A stretch of DNA of 64,000 nt from Phormidium sp. (GCA_051013385.1 CP143273.1:1216001-1280000); one strand, 5' to 3'. Positions 28,355 to 39,206 are shown, counted from the stretch's first letter. The notes: generated from the sequence alone by a model not told the origin. Made by a program: numbers and translations.

Positions 28355-31300
28355 TCAGATGGGGTTTGTGGAGTTAAAACCGTAAGCAAAAGGAGTTTGG
28401 TAGGAACCGTTTCTGCCGTCGTCAAGAATAATTTGGTTGAGGTTATTTGCGGCTTGTTGGGCGGTTGCGGCTGCACCTGGATTGACTATGTTAGTAGGTT
28501 GAAATAATCTGCCGTTTGATAAGGTAATTTCACCAAATCGAACTAATTCAAAAGTATCGCTAACCGTGAGAGGTTGGGTAACTTTTACCCGCATTCCCTC
28601 AAATTGTTCGGCAAAAGTGCTACTTGCAAAAGGTAAATTGACAATTGCGGGTGTTACTTGTGCTAAAGAACCACCTGTTTGAATTTGAATTGCAGCAGCA
28701 TTGGTGGGAGTAATTTGGGTTTGTCCAAAGGTTTCGGAAATTGTACCTGTTACCCGAACTTTTTGACCTTCGCTAACATCAAGGATGTTGCTATTAGCAA
28801 ATACAAAAATACCTTCGGAAGTTAAGGGGTTTCCGTCTTCATCGATCGTTTCTTCTTGTAAGAAAAATCCGCCTAAACCGTTTGCACTTGTGGGGGTTTG
28901 AAAATCACCGACAACGACACCTTCTATGGTTTGGGTTGTGTTAACTAAAGGACTAGTTGCACCGTCTCCTTGAATTTGGTGAATTTTGGTTATTGCTGGT
29001 GCAGCGAGGGTGATGATTTCGCTGCGGAATTTTTGCCAGTTATCTTGGGTTAAATCTTTGGCTATTGTTCCATCGTTGTAAAAGGTGGTGTCGCCGTTAT
29101 CTACTAATAACTGAATTCGGTTGTCGGTGGATTGAGGATCGTAAGCCAGGGATAAGATTTGAGTATACTGAATTGGTTGAAAGTTATTGTCGCTGACTAA
29201 TACGATCGCTCTTCTCCCATCAGCCAACTGCGGCCCAAAAGCTAACCCTTCTATATTGTCTAAACCTGTAGGCAAATTGAGACTGTTCAGATTCAGAAGT
29301 AAGCGTTTTTGTGCAGGGACGATCGCATTTAATTGTTCAGGACTCAGAGCACTTAAAGAATTGATATTGCTAATGTCCGTCGCCCCCTGCAAACTGACTT
29401 CATAAATCTTGATGGTGAAGCCTCCACCAAGAGAGAAGGAACGTTCTAAGGCTAGCAATGTTCCTTGGTTGTCGATCGCCAACAAATCGGCTAATCCATT
29501 TTCAATAGACGCACCAAGACTTGCATCGGTGTTGTAGAGGTATTCTGTTTGCGGTTGTCCGCTGGTTAAGTCGTATTGCACAATGCGATTGCGCGATCCG
29601 CTTGTAATGGTTGCAGTCGGGCCATCTTGCAACAGGGCACTTTCTGTAGCAGTATAAAGCTTGGTTCGATCGGGGCTAATTGTCAGACTTTCCAATGATA
29701 AATTATCTCGCACCCCTGAAGTCTGGGTATCTCCAGTATCAATGACTCCATTGTTGTTAGTGTCTTGTACTACAGGCAGGAATTTAGTGGGAATGGGGAG
29801 CGATCGCACTTCCACGCCTGTTGTCAAGTTAAACTCTTTGATGAAGGGATTGGTAACACGACCCACATTAGGATTAGCTTCCCCTTCGGAAGAAATAAAC
29901 ACAGTACCATTATTGGTAAAGGCAATTCCTTCAGTGTCTACGGTATTGAGCGCAAAGAAATTACCATTCGGATCTTTGAGGGGAGTAACATTAGTAAAGT
30001 TTACGCCAGTGGTTGCGATCGTAGATGGGTCGGTAGTAAAGGTATAAAAACGAGCGGGGGCAAAAAAAGAGCGATCGTCAGAAATAGCATAATAACGATT
30101 GTTGACGGCATCATAAGTTACCCCAGACAAACCTCCCAGTGGAACTTGTTGCCCATTCACTGTTCCCGCTGCACCAGAGGGAACGAAGCCAGTATTAAAA
30201 GTGCTCTGTCCCAAAAAAGCGGCACTAGAAGGATTTGAAGATAACTCTAAAATAGACTCAAAACTTCCTCCAGCATTCAGGCTGGTTAAATCTGCGGAAT
30301 TTAATATAGGAGTATCATTGGCATTACCTGTCCAAGTATAGAGGCGAAAATCTTTAGGTGCTGTGCCTGTGGCAGCATCGGGAGGGCCAGCGATAATTAA
30401 GTATTGATTGTTAGTAGTGCGTAGGATTTCTCGAATTCCCCGTCCGCCTAAATTTAATTCTATTGGTGTGCCGATCGTTGCATTTGTTGCGGCACCTGTT
30501 ACTAAGTCGGTAAAGTTAGTAATGGGTGCAATTAAGGCTTTTTGACGAGAAAGAGTGGGTACATTTGGGGCGCGAAAAGCAACGTATGCGGTAGTATTGT
30601 TTGGTGCGATCGTCAATCCTTCAATATTAAACCCGCTACCATCACCTGCTTCAGGGTTTACACCAGTAGCAGCACTATTGCTAAAACCATAACCGTTGGC
30701 ATTTCCCCAAGCAATTAAATCGGTTCTTAAATTATCATATCGACCAACATAATTAAGTGTGGTATTAGCGCCAGTTCCAGAAATATCAGTAGCGAATAAA
30801 CGATAACGATTGGGTCGAGAAGCGCCACCGCTAGAATTACTATGGGAACCTAACCAGTAAATTCGGTTGCCAACTCTGGTGGATGCTTCGATATCAACTT
30901 CTCTAGGAACGCCGCCGGAAATATCAGTTAAACCAAGGGAAGAGGTAAAGTCAAAACTGTTGAGGGGTAAACCGGAGTTGTTGCGATCGTACAACCGAAT
31001 CTTTTGATCTTCGTCGTCGGCAACTAACATATAGTTGGAGTCGATCGCTACTGCTGTACTCGCATCACTCGCACCTGTCAAAAACCTCGTCGTTGTCGGA
31101 TTAACTGAAGCAGCAGAAGCGGCGTATTTAATTACATAATCCGCTGTTGCACCACCACCATCGGTAACTCTGATCGTAATATCAGAATAGCCAACACCTG
31201 CGGGATTAATTTTCAGATTGTAATTATTTCCCCTGTTCGTCAGATTTAAATTTGCTAACGGTACAACAGCAGTATTGCTACTACTAAGAATCGACACAGT

Positions 31301-33166
31301 TGGGTTAGGAGTTTCCGGATCGGCAACCGTAAAATCAATTCCTAAAGTCTTTGCCGGATCGGTAGGATCGTTAATGACACCGCTAATATATCCCGTTCCC
31401 GTAGCAGCCAGATTTAAAAATGGTGTGGCACTATTTTCGGTGATAGTTGGGGGAGTGTTGTTGGAGTCGTTGTCGGTGATATTAGCAGTGACAGAAGTAA
31501 TAGAAATATTGTTATAGTTGGCATCGTTGCTAGTAGCAGTATGATTAATTGTCCCAGTATGATTTCCTTCAACTACTGCATCATCAACTGCGGTGACGGT
31601 GACAGTTTGCGCCACATTCCAGTTAGCAGTAGTAAAGATAAGATTTGTTGGATTGGTGGTTGTTTGATTGCCGGAATTAATCGCAATAGTTACATTAGCA
31701 GTGGGTTGAGTGTTTAAGACAACTGTGTAGGTATCTGTTGCACCGCCTTCGGTTACATCAGTGCTACCACCAGAGGGAGTTATGCTCACTCCTGGTGTGG
31801 GGTCAAGTGTAAAAATTCCACTAATTAAGTTATTTGCTTCGTTACTTTCGGCAATAGTGTTGTTAGGATCGAGAACTAAGGTCGCGATACCGAGAGTACC
31901 TACTTGGGTGGGAGTAACGTTGACGTTAATTTGGGCAATTGCACCCGCATTAATGGTTCCCCCAGTGAAAGTAAGTGTAGAACCATTAATAGTTGGTTGA
32001 GTGTTAAAACTACCACTGATAATATTGGCAGAATTGTAGGTAACGTTGGCAGGTAAAGTGAAGGTTAATTCAACGCCACTAGCATTCACGCTGCCATTGT
32101 TTTGAATGTTTAATATGTAATTAAAAGGCGTACCTACGGCTAGTATGTTAGTGTAAGAAATCCCAGGTCTTAAATCGGGTTGAGTGATTGCATCATTATC
32201 TGCGATCGTCACCGTAGCCGTAGTATTTGCCCCCAAAATATAGTTAGCATTAGCAGCTAAAGTCAGCGTAACGTTTTCACTCCCTTCAACTGCGGTATCA
32301 TCAACTGGTGTAATTGTAACATCAACAAAAGATTGACCAGCTGCGATCGTCGCTGTACCTGTTAAGTTGTGGTAATCTGTGCCGTTGGTCGCTGTTCCCC
32401 CTACGGTGTAATTTACTGTTAGGGCGTTGGTGCTACTGCCTGTGCGGGTAATGCGGAAAGTTCCTGCGTCAAGTCCTGCTTCAGCGGCATTTGGATCGGT
32501 AGCTGCGATCGTTACTGTTGGTGTAGATACAACAAATGGAGTAATGTCAGTGAATGTAAAAACAGTTGTATTGGTAGAGAAGTTAGCTGGGTTTGTCAGA
32601 TTGGCAATTGACTGTGCGCCTGGATTAGATGTAAAAATGGTCTTGGCATTCACCCCATTTGGAAGGTTGGTAAATGGAACTCCTGGAGGTGGTGCGTAAG
32701 TAGTCTGCGCGTCAGGAGTGCCAGTAGCGATCGGTGAAGAGGAAGCATCTAGTCCAGCAAGTATTGTGGGGGAAGGCAGAGTTCCCGTGTAAGCAAATAT
32801 CTGATCGCCACTATTGTTAAATCCTCCAGTAGTTTGGCTTTCAATCCCTACAGTCAATGTTCCCACAGTAGCAGCTGAGGTAATCGATCCACCTAAACCA
32901 TCATTGAATGAAATGGTACTAGTTGAACCTGAACCCCAGTTAGCGATCGCTACTACTGTACCTGCTGCAACACCTGCTGCTGGAACATTCCACTGGATTG
33001 CATATTCAGTAGTGCGGAATGCGTTAGCTGCTGCACTGTTAATCGCATTATCAGTAAATTTAATAATATCGTTACCCGGTAATGCGTTCATCACTACAAA
33101 GGCAAAACCTTCGGGAGTTCCAATACCGTTGTAGCCAATGAAAACAATATCTCCTACATTTGCCAT
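28355..33166 (-). CDS. N-terminal part of a giant secreted protein (Calx-beta, DUF11-like, DUF3616-like propeller, phytase-like esterase, ExeM OB-fold), ended by an in-frame TGA
   Basis: ADDEDQKIRLY, FNIEGL, LGGLSGVTYD..YAISDDRS, LVSDNNF, KIHQIQG, GFFLQE, EGIFVF, EGMRV. Confidence 0.88.
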   Translation of the reverse strand: MANVGDIVFIGYNGIGTPEGFAFVVMNALPGNDIIKFTDNAINSAAANAFRTTEYAIQWNVPAAGVAAGTVVAIANWGSGSTSTISFNDGLGGSITSAATVGTLTVGIESQTTGGFNNSGDQIFAYTGTLPSPTILAGLDASSSPIATGTPDAQTTYAPPPGVPFTNLPNGVNAKTIFTSNPGAQSIANLTNPANFSTNTTVFTFTDITPFVVSTPTVTIAATDPNAAEAGLDAGTFRITRTGSSTNALTVNYTVGGTATNGTDYHNLTGTATIAAGQSFVDVTITPVDDTAVEGSENVTLTLAANANYILGANTTATVTIADNDAITQPDLRPGISYTNILAVGTPFNYILNIQNNGSVNASGVELTFTLPANVTYNSANIISGSFNTQPTINGSTLTFTGGTINAGAIAQINVNVTPTQVGTLGIATLVLDPNNTIAESNEANNLISGIFTLDPTPGVSITPSGGSTDVTEGGATDTYTVVLNTQPTANVTIAINSGNQTTTNPTNLIFTTANWNVAQTVTVTAVDDAVVEGNHTGTINHTATSNDANYNNISITSVTANITDNDSNNTPPTITENSATPFLNLAATGTGYISGVINDPTDPAKTLGIDFTVADPETPNPTVSILSSSNTAVVPLANLNLTNRGNNYNLKINPAGVGYSDITIRVTDGGGATADYVIKYAASAASVNPTTTRFLTGASDASTAVAIDSNYMLVADDEDQKIRLYDRNNSGLPLNSFDFTSSLGLTDISGGVPREVDIEASTRVGNRIYWLGSHSNSSGGASRPNRYRLFATDISGTGANTTLNYVGRYDNLRTDLIAWGNANGYGFSNSAATGVNPEAGDGSGFNIEGLTIAPNNTTAYVAFRAPNVPTLSRQKALIAPITNFTDLVTGAATNATIGTPIELNLGGRGIREILRTTNNQYLIIAGPPDAATGTAPKDFRLYTWTGNANDTPILNSADLTSLNAGGSFESILELSSNPSSAAFLGQSTFNTGFVPSGAAGTVNGQQVPLGGLSGVTYDAVNNRYYAISDDRSFFAPARFYTFTTDPSTIATTGVNFTNVTPLKDPNGNFFALNTVDTEGIAFTNNGTVFISSEGEANPNVGRVTNPFIKEFNLTTGVEVRSLPIPTKFLPVVQDTNNNGVIDTGDTQTSGVRDNLSLESLTISPDRTKLYTATESALLQDGPTATITSGSRNRIVQYDLTSGQPQTEYLYNTDASLGASIENGLADLLAIDNQGTLLALERSFSLGGGFTIKIYEVSLQGATDISNINSLSALSPEQLNAIVPAQKRLLLNLNSLNLPTGLDNIEGLAFGPQLADGRRAIVLVSDNNFQPIQYTQILSLAYDPQSTDNRIQLLVDNGDTTFYNDGTIAKDLTQDNWQKFRSEIITLAAPAITKIHQIQGDGATSPLVNTTQTIEGVVVGDFQTPTSANGLGGFFLQEETIDEDGNPLTSEGIFVFANSNILDVSEGQKVRVTGTISETFGQTQITPTNAAAIQIQTGGSLAQVTPAIVNLPFASSTFAEQFEGMRVKVTQPLTVSDTFELVRFGEITLSNGRLFQPTNIVNPGAAATAQQAANNLNQIILDDGRNGSYQTPFAYGFNSTNPI

Positions 33167-33707
33167 TGTTAATAATCCTCAGAAGTTGTTTGTCAGGAAT
33201 AACGAACTGAAAGTAAAAAGCTAGTAATTTATTAGTTAGCCGATCGCACTAATCCCCAACACCAAAATTAACGTTGACTTAACCAGATAAAACAGTTAGA
33301 ATACAGCACAATCAAAAAAAATAGTTTTATTTCAGTTGACAGTAAAAACATTAAATAGTTTCCTTTAAGTAAATTCATCGGGTTTTTTGCTCACAAAAAT
33401 GCACTAGTGACAAACTAACTAAGGAAGATTGCACAAAGAGTAAATATAGCTAGTTTATTACTAGTTTTTAAGAATTTATATGAATCTTTATTAACCAACA
33501 ATCTCAAAAGTAACATGAGGGTTATCGCGTCACCAGAGTAAATTTACGGAGAGAAATTTAAATTTTGTGTGAGTTAGTTATTTTAGTGAGAAAAAACAGG
33601 TATTGCTAATAAATTTGGTTCGTTGTGAGGACTTCAGTCCTTCTATTTGGCAAGGGAACGACTGTTAGCGAAGCGGCGCGTTAGCGCTAGTCGTGACAAC
33701 GGACCGA

Positions 33708-36700
33708 TCAAATTAAGGGAAAACTCGTAGGGGCGATCGGTTGGATATCGCGATCGTAACCGCCGATTTGATTAGTGCGTAATACCCAGATACTTGCCCC
33801 ATATTTGAGAAAAATTTGGGCGATCGCATCACTGGCAACACGGGGAAGAAGGGTGCGCCAACTACCTAAACCAATTAATAGGTTTTGTAATGGGTGATCT
33901 TCCAAAGTACTGCCCAAATTATACTCATTGTTTTCCCAATCAGAGCGAAGCCGACCAAAAGGTTGTAGTTCTCGTTGCAGTTCTTTCTTTAACTGTTTGA
34001 GTTGCCAGAAGCGTTGCTCTTGTTCTGGACTAACTTCAAGTAATTTTTTGACTACTTCCGGGTGGGCTTGCAAATAATCTGCTGTTTGATTGATACTAGC
34101 AAACAATGCTTGATTAGAATCTTGGGCGCAGTTGTTAGCAGGGCCAACGAAAGTTCCGCCAGTGCCATCCCCAATGCGATAACGAGCAGCCATGACTTGC
34201 AGTTGACGCAACATTTCTACTAAGGGAGAAAGTTGGAAGCCATCAATATCGTAGAAGCCTGTAAAGGAATCGAGCTTGATCAAAAGATCGCATACTGGAC
34301 GCACACCTGCCCAACCGAATTGGCGATCGCCCATGTAACGTGACCAATGCAAAGTTCCGGCAATAATACCATCTGTGTTATGAGTATAAACCTGGTGATA
34401 GCGAATATCAAATCTTAATTCATCAGTTAAAGGTTCCCGGATTACTTGGGCTACACCATAAGCAAAATGTCCAAAGAAGATCGGTGAAGCGGCGGCAGGT
34501 TCTTTCTTTTTCCCACCGATACCGCCGTAGGTGTGGATGAGCAAAGCGAGGTCGTTTTCTTGCCATTGTGCGATCGCTTCTGTAATTCCCTGCTTACCCG
34601 GACTGAGCAATACTGTAGTAATTCTACCCTTGTTTGCCGCTGGATTTGCCCAAGCATCTTTGCGGATATATTGTTCCCCTTGTTTGCGACCAAAAATCAC
34701 CTTTTGCGGTTGCAGTTGCAATAAAGCACGGGGAGCAATAGACTGCACGACAAAAGTTCCCGACGCATCTTTGGCACCGTAAATATACCAACCTTGTTCG
34801 TTGAGCGAAACCTTCTCAATACTGCCAGTAGTGGAAGAAAAACAACCATGAACATTTGCCTTTACCTCTGGCATTCTGACAGTTTCGGCAATACCATCAA
34901 ACTTTCGCGTGGCTTTATTGAAATGCCAAACGCGGAATTTATCTGTACCCGGAATCGGTTTGATAAATTTTACCAGTGCATAGTAACGCCCTGTAATTTG
35001 TACTGGTGTAGTAGAGATGTAAAGGGAAGTGGTGAAGTTCTTAGCTTCGTTTTTTGGGTTTTCTTGCTCCTCTGCCCCTCTGCTCCTCTGCCCCTCTGCC
35101 CCTCTGCTCCTCTGCCCCTCTGCCCCTCTGCTCCTCTGCCCCTCTGCCCCTCTGCTCCTCTGCCCCTCTGCCCCTCTGCCCCTCTGCCCCTCTGCCCCTC
35201 TGCTCCTCTGCCCCTCTGCCCCTCTGCCCCTCTGCTCCTCTGCTCCTCTGCTCCTCTGCCCCTCTGCTCCTCTGCCCCTCTGCTCCTGTGTTCCTGTGCT
35301 CCCGATCTCTTCTACCATTACTACATCATGCAACATGACAATAACATCATCTGTGGGACGGGAGCCAGCTAAGGATTCTAAAGGGTCTACTTGCTGCCAG
35401 TGGTTTAAGCGATCGGGATGAATTACCCCAGCATATTTGCTGCTATACTCAGCATCGACGCTAAAGTGAACATCTCTGGTGACTGCGGCGACTAGCTTTT
35501 GCACAAAGGGGTGATTGCTCCAGCGCAAGTTTACCACCTGTCCGACTAAGTGCTGATAATTATCCGGCGCGTGATAGATTTCCAGCAATGCTCCCCGGAC
35601 TTGTTGCCTTTGTTCTGGTTTGGGTAAAATCAAGCGGCCCATCCAATCACCAATGGGGCGATATAGGGTGGGGTCTACAGTTTGATTAACGGGATAATAA
35701 GCGGGATCGTTAAAGGCTGCTGCTTGATAAAGTGCGTAGTTGCTAGTTTTTCTCTTGGTTGGGTAAGTTGCCATCAATGCCTTTCCTTCGAGAATTTGCC
35801 AAATTACTTCGATCGTCTGCTGTAAATAACTGCGTCCATCAGGTAAAAATGCTTTCGGGTCCATCATTCCGCCCGGAACTTGATGTCCCACAAGCCCTAG
35901 AGAAATGATACTAATTTTCCCTTTGCGTTTGGCGCGGTTCCAGTAAGATAAGAAGAACAACTTCCAACGACCAGGAAAGATAATTGGCCCAATGCGTTCT
36001 ATGGAGTCCTTTTCTCCAACTAAATGGTAGAGGTGTTCTAATTTCAGGAAGTTGTTGTTGGCACTCATTACCCCACCTAACGAGATGACATCGATCGATG
36101 CGCCCATTGCCCGTTTCAAATATGGCGCAGCAGCAACGGACATTTGCCCACCGCCACTATAACCAATCAGCGTAATCGGTACACCACTCCCAGGTTGATA
36201 ACCTTGTGCAATTAGCCCGTTGTAAAGTACTTGTGCAATGCCTTGATTGTAGATTGGGCCGTAACGTTGATCTGCGGAAACTGCCACAATAAAAACATTT
36301 CGCAGGTTGAGTATTACTCCTAATAATGCAGTTGGGTTAGTCCAACGCATTTTATCTGCCAGTCGCCACAAAAATGCTAAAGGTCGGTCTTCATCCAAGG
36401 GTTTATTGAGTACCGAGTACATCATTAACCCCTGGATCAGTTTTATGTTCTGGGGTAAAACCGCTTTGAAAGCAGTGAGAAAGTCTTCTACATCAGGGGT
36501 GTACTCTTCGCCAGATTGCCCAATGCCATCGAGGTAAACTATGTAACGGGAGAGTTTTTGGGGGCTGGGTACTAGGGACTGGGGACTAGGGACTGGGGAA
36601 GTCCGCGATCCAGTATTTAAATCATCGCCGTACCAACCTGCCCACCAGCCAAGGGTTTCTAGGGGTGCGAGTAAGCCAGCGAAGACGATCGCCACTACAC

Positions 36701-37718
36701 CAATCCAAACTAAATTAAAAATTAAGCGAAAAAATCTCGGTAGTTCATCATACCAGCCAAATAATAGATCGCGAATTGGGCGCATCAAGTCGGCTACGAG
36801 AATAAAAATGATTACCATTGCTAGCAAACCCAGAACCCACTTGATAACTTCGGAAATGCTGCGGCTACTCTGTTCTATCTGAACAATGGGATCGGAAGTG
36901 CCATTGCTTTGAGACGTTGCGTGCAACGTCTCTACAGGTTTAATTTCTGTTTTTGGTTGGTTGGCTAATTTTTGGGCGACTGCTTGGGCGGCATCAGTTG
37001 CCGATCGCCCGGATGCCTCGATCAAGTCTCTAACTTCTGGTAATGTGGTTTGAGTGGCGGTAATTATGGGTGAAGAAGTTTGGGCGATGCCGGAACTGAC
37101 TATTTCCCGGAGTTCTTCATCTTTGGTGATTAACTTCACTCCGGCAACTTTATCGGCGAGTTTTTTCCCAAGTTTGGCGATCGGTTGTCCAATGGTACTT
37201 TCTAATAATTGCAGAACTACCCAGCCAAATGCTACATAACCTAGTGCGATCGTCTCACTCACACCTGTAACAGTACTAAAACCCACAACCATTGCCAGCA
37301 AGCGCCATACCGATAGTAAATTCAAAATCGGCACCCCGACATAGGGTAACGCCCCCAAAAAGCTGAACAACAAAGGTGCGTAACTTAGCCCCAACACTTT
37401 CATCAGTTGCAAAAAGGGAGCTTTTACCGACCAAGGTAACAGACAAATCAACCAGGTACTAAATACTAAAAATATAAAGCCAAAAGTATAGAGAATTGCA
37501 TTCAGCAACAAGCTAAAAACGAAACGGGCTGGCTTGATGCGGTTAATGAATAAGATAATAATTTGTCCCACACTCAAAGATAAACCAGCTAATACCACCA
37601 CCAGCAATGCTAGCGGCATTCCATCGGGTAGATTAACAATAGTTTCAAATGCTTCGGAATTAAAACTAAATACCTCACCGATTAATTCCCAGAACTTAGA
37701 TGAAGCCGTTGTACTCAT
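33708..37718 (-). CDS. Large membrane protein: Yip1-like TM region, alpha/beta-hydrolase-like domain and a C-terminal domain of the type seen in cyanobacterial CAAX-protease-annotated proteins
   Basis: Multiple N-terminal TM helices, GYSGGG nucleophile elbow, GHFAYG, NNCAQDSNQAL. Confidence 0.7.
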   Translation of the reverse strand: MSTTASSKFWELIGEVFSFNSEAFETIVNLPDGMPLALLVVVLAGLSLSVGQIIILFINRIKPARFVFSLLLNAILYTFGFIFLVFSTWLICLLPWSVKAPFLQLMKVLGLSYAPLLFSFLGALPYVGVPILNLLSVWRLLAMVVGFSTVTGVSETIALGYVAFGWVVLQLLESTIGQPIAKLGKKLADKVAGVKLITKDEELREIVSSGIAQTSSPIITATQTTLPEVRDLIEASGRSATDAAQAVAQKLANQPKTEIKPVETLHATSQSNGTSDPIVQIEQSSRSISEVIKWVLGLLAMVIIFILVADLMRPIRDLLFGWYDELPRFFRLIFNLVWIGVVAIVFAGLLAPLETLGWWAGWYGDDLNTGSRTSPVPSPQSLVPSPQKLSRYIVYLDGIGQSGEEYTPDVEDFLTAFKAVLPQNIKLIQGLMMYSVLNKPLDEDRPLAFLWRLADKMRWTNPTALLGVILNLRNVFIVAVSADQRYGPIYNQGIAQVLYNGLIAQGYQPGSGVPITLIGYSGGGQMSVAAAPYLKRAMGASIDVISLGGVMSANNNFLKLEHLYHLVGEKDSIERIGPIIFPGRWKLFFLSYWNRAKRKGKISIISLGLVGHQVPGGMMDPKAFLPDGRSYLQQTIEVIWQILEGKALMATYPTKRKTSNYALYQAAAFNDPAYYPVNQTVDPTLYRPIGDWMGRLILPKPEQRQQVRGALLEIYHAPDNYQHLVGQVVNLRWSNHPFVQKLVAAVTRDVHFSVDAEYSSKYAGVIHPDRLNHWQQVDPLESLAGSRPTDDVIVMLHDVVMVEEIGSTGTQEQRGRGAEGQRSRGAEEQRGRGAEGQRSRGAEGQRGRGAEGQRSRGAEGQRSRGAEGQRSRGAEGQRSRGAEEQENPKNEAKNFTTSLYISTTPVQITGRYYALVKFIKPIPGTDKFRVWHFNKATRKFDGIAETVRMPEVKANVHGCFSSTTGSIEKVSLNEQGWYIYGAKDASGTFVVQSIAPRALLQLQPQKVIFGRKQGEQYIRKDAWANPAANKGRITTVLLSPGKQGITEAIAQWQENDLALLIHTYGGIGGKKKEPAAASPIFFGHFAYGVAQVIREPLTDELRFDIRYHQVYTHNTDGIIAGTLHWSRYMGDRQFGWAGVRPVCDLLIKLDSFTGFYDIDGFQLSPLVEMLRQLQVMAARYRIGDGTGGTFVGPANNCAQDSNQALFASINQTADYLQAHPEVVKKLLEVSPEQEQRFWQLKQLKKELQRELQPFGRLRSDWENNEYNLGSTLEDHPLQNLLIGLGSWRTLLPRVASDAIAQIFLKYGASIWVLRTNQIGGYDRDIQPIAPTSFPLI
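35065..35287. repeat. 8-bp tandem repeat CTCTGC(C/T)C, about 28 units, in frame inside a CDS
   Basis: Encodes (GAEGQRSR)n on the minus strand. Confidence 0.95.
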
Positions 37719-38135
37719 GGCAGTGTTCCCCTAACAGAACAAGTTGAAAGATTAAAATATAATGCTCAATGTACAACCCTATCCTGGTTGTACCGCAAGT
37801 AACACAAAAATTATTGCTTAAAATAAAATAATATAAGCGAAATTGTCATAAAAATGAATTTTTCGGCTCTCTCGTACTTGTGGTGGCACTGGGGACTGGG
37901 ATTCCTTGATAATCATAAAAAAACCCGGTTTCTTGAAGAAACCGGGTTTTTAGCTAAAAAACCCCAATTTCTTGAAGAAACCGGGTTTTTAGCCGAGATT
38001 TTTCCTAAAGAAACCCAGCTTTTCAAGTTCTCTCAAAACTCCAAACTTTTCCCTATAGGCTCTCTTAAGATAGATGCCAAACCGAAATAAAGCCAAGATA
38101 ATTTGCGATAATAGCCAAAAATAGGAGCCATAATT

Positions 38136-39206
38136 GTGCGTTTCGGGCAATGGTTAGGAGTATTTGCCTTTATTATCTCTGTTTATATATTGTGGCAAAT
38201 TAACCAAATTGTATTGTTGGTATTTGCTGCGGTAGTTTTGGCAACAGTTTTAAATAGAGTAGTGGGATTACTTCAGCGAACTCGGATGAAACGAGGTATT
38301 GCTGTTGCTCTAACAATTATACTTTTACTATTATTTATAGTTAGTTTTTTGGCGCTGATATTTCCGCCAATTATCGATCAAGTACGAAAATTAGTTGATT
38401 TGTTACCGCAGTCATTACAAAGGTTACGTCTCTGGTTTGACTGGGTACAAACAGTGGTTCCTCAACAATTAGTTGATAATATTCGTAGCTTAGAAGGTTT
38501 TACGCAAAATTTACAAGCTTGGGCAAGTCGGCTGTTTGGTAACTTTTTTGCTTTCTTCAATAATTCCTTGGGTATTGTCTTAAATTTTCTGCTCTTTTTA
38601 GTAGTAAGTATCATGTTTTTGGTAGATCCTGCGCCATACCGCCGAGTTTTTGTTTTTGCGTTTCCGGCATTTTATCGGCGGCGAGTTGATGAGATTCTTT
38701 CGGAGTGCGAAAGCTCTTTGGTAGGCTGGATTAAAGGCACTTTATTTAATATGTTAGTTATTGCTGTAATTAGTTATATTGGGCTGTTAATTTTACGGGT
38801 GCCATTGCCCTTAGTTAATGCGTTGTTGGCAGGTCTGTTAGAGTTTATTCCTAATGTAGGCCCGACTTTAAGTGTAATTCCACCTGTATTATTGGCTTTT
38901 CTCGATGCACCTTGGAAAGCTGTGGCAGTGATTATTTTGTACTTAATAATTCAGCAACTTGAAAGCTTGGTTTTGGTGCCAATGGTGATGAAGCAGCAGG
39001 TGTCTTTGTTACCAGTATTTACTATTTTATCGGTGGTGGTTTTTTCCGGCTTTTTCGGATTTTTAGGTTTGTTTTTAGCAATTCCCTTATTAATTGTGGT
39101 GCAAATTTGGTTAAGGGAAGCTTTGGTTAAGGATATCCTTAATCAATGGCAATCTAAAGAACAGGAAAAAGAACAAGAAGATAAAAAACAGGAGCTAATT
39201 TCCTAA
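38136..39206 (+). CDS. AI-2E family transporter
   Basis: Multi-TM; LEFIPNVGP, IQQLES.VLVP, GFLGLFLAIPL. Confidence 0.92.
   Translation: MRFGQWLGVFAFIISVYILWQINQIVLLVFAAVVLATVLNRVVGLLQRTRMKRGIAVALTIILLLLFIVSFLALIFPPIIDQVRKLVDLLPQSLQRLRLWFDWVQTVVPQQLVDNIRSLEGFTQNLQAWASRLFGNFFAFFNNSLGIVLNFLLFLVVSIMFLVDPAPYRRVFVFAFPAFYRRRVDEILSECESSLVGWIKGTLFNMLVIAVISYIGLLILRVPLPLVNALLAGLLEFIPNVGPTLSVIPPVLLAFLDAPWKAVAVIILYLIIQQLESLVLVPMVMKQQVSLLPVFTILSVVVFSGFFGFLGLFLAIPLLIVVQIWLREALVKDILNQWQSKEQEKEQEDKKQELIS

Noticed and set aside
28355..28357. Selenocysteine recoding of the in-frame TGA
   Set aside because: The position appears to be Arg, not Cys, in this family, and I see no SECIS-like hairpin right after the codon
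33267..33285. Pho (SphR) box upstream of the giant nuclease/phytase-like gene
   Set aside because: Only two imperfect 11-bp-spaced units (ATTAACGT, CTTAACCA), on the opposite strand; insufficient
34794..35421. Plus-strand ORFs with (PLPLCPSA)n
   Set aside because: Antisense translations of the 8-bp repeat inside the 1336-aa gene
37854..38090. 78-aa ORF
   Set aside because: Largely translated REP palindromes (KTRFLEETGFL twice)
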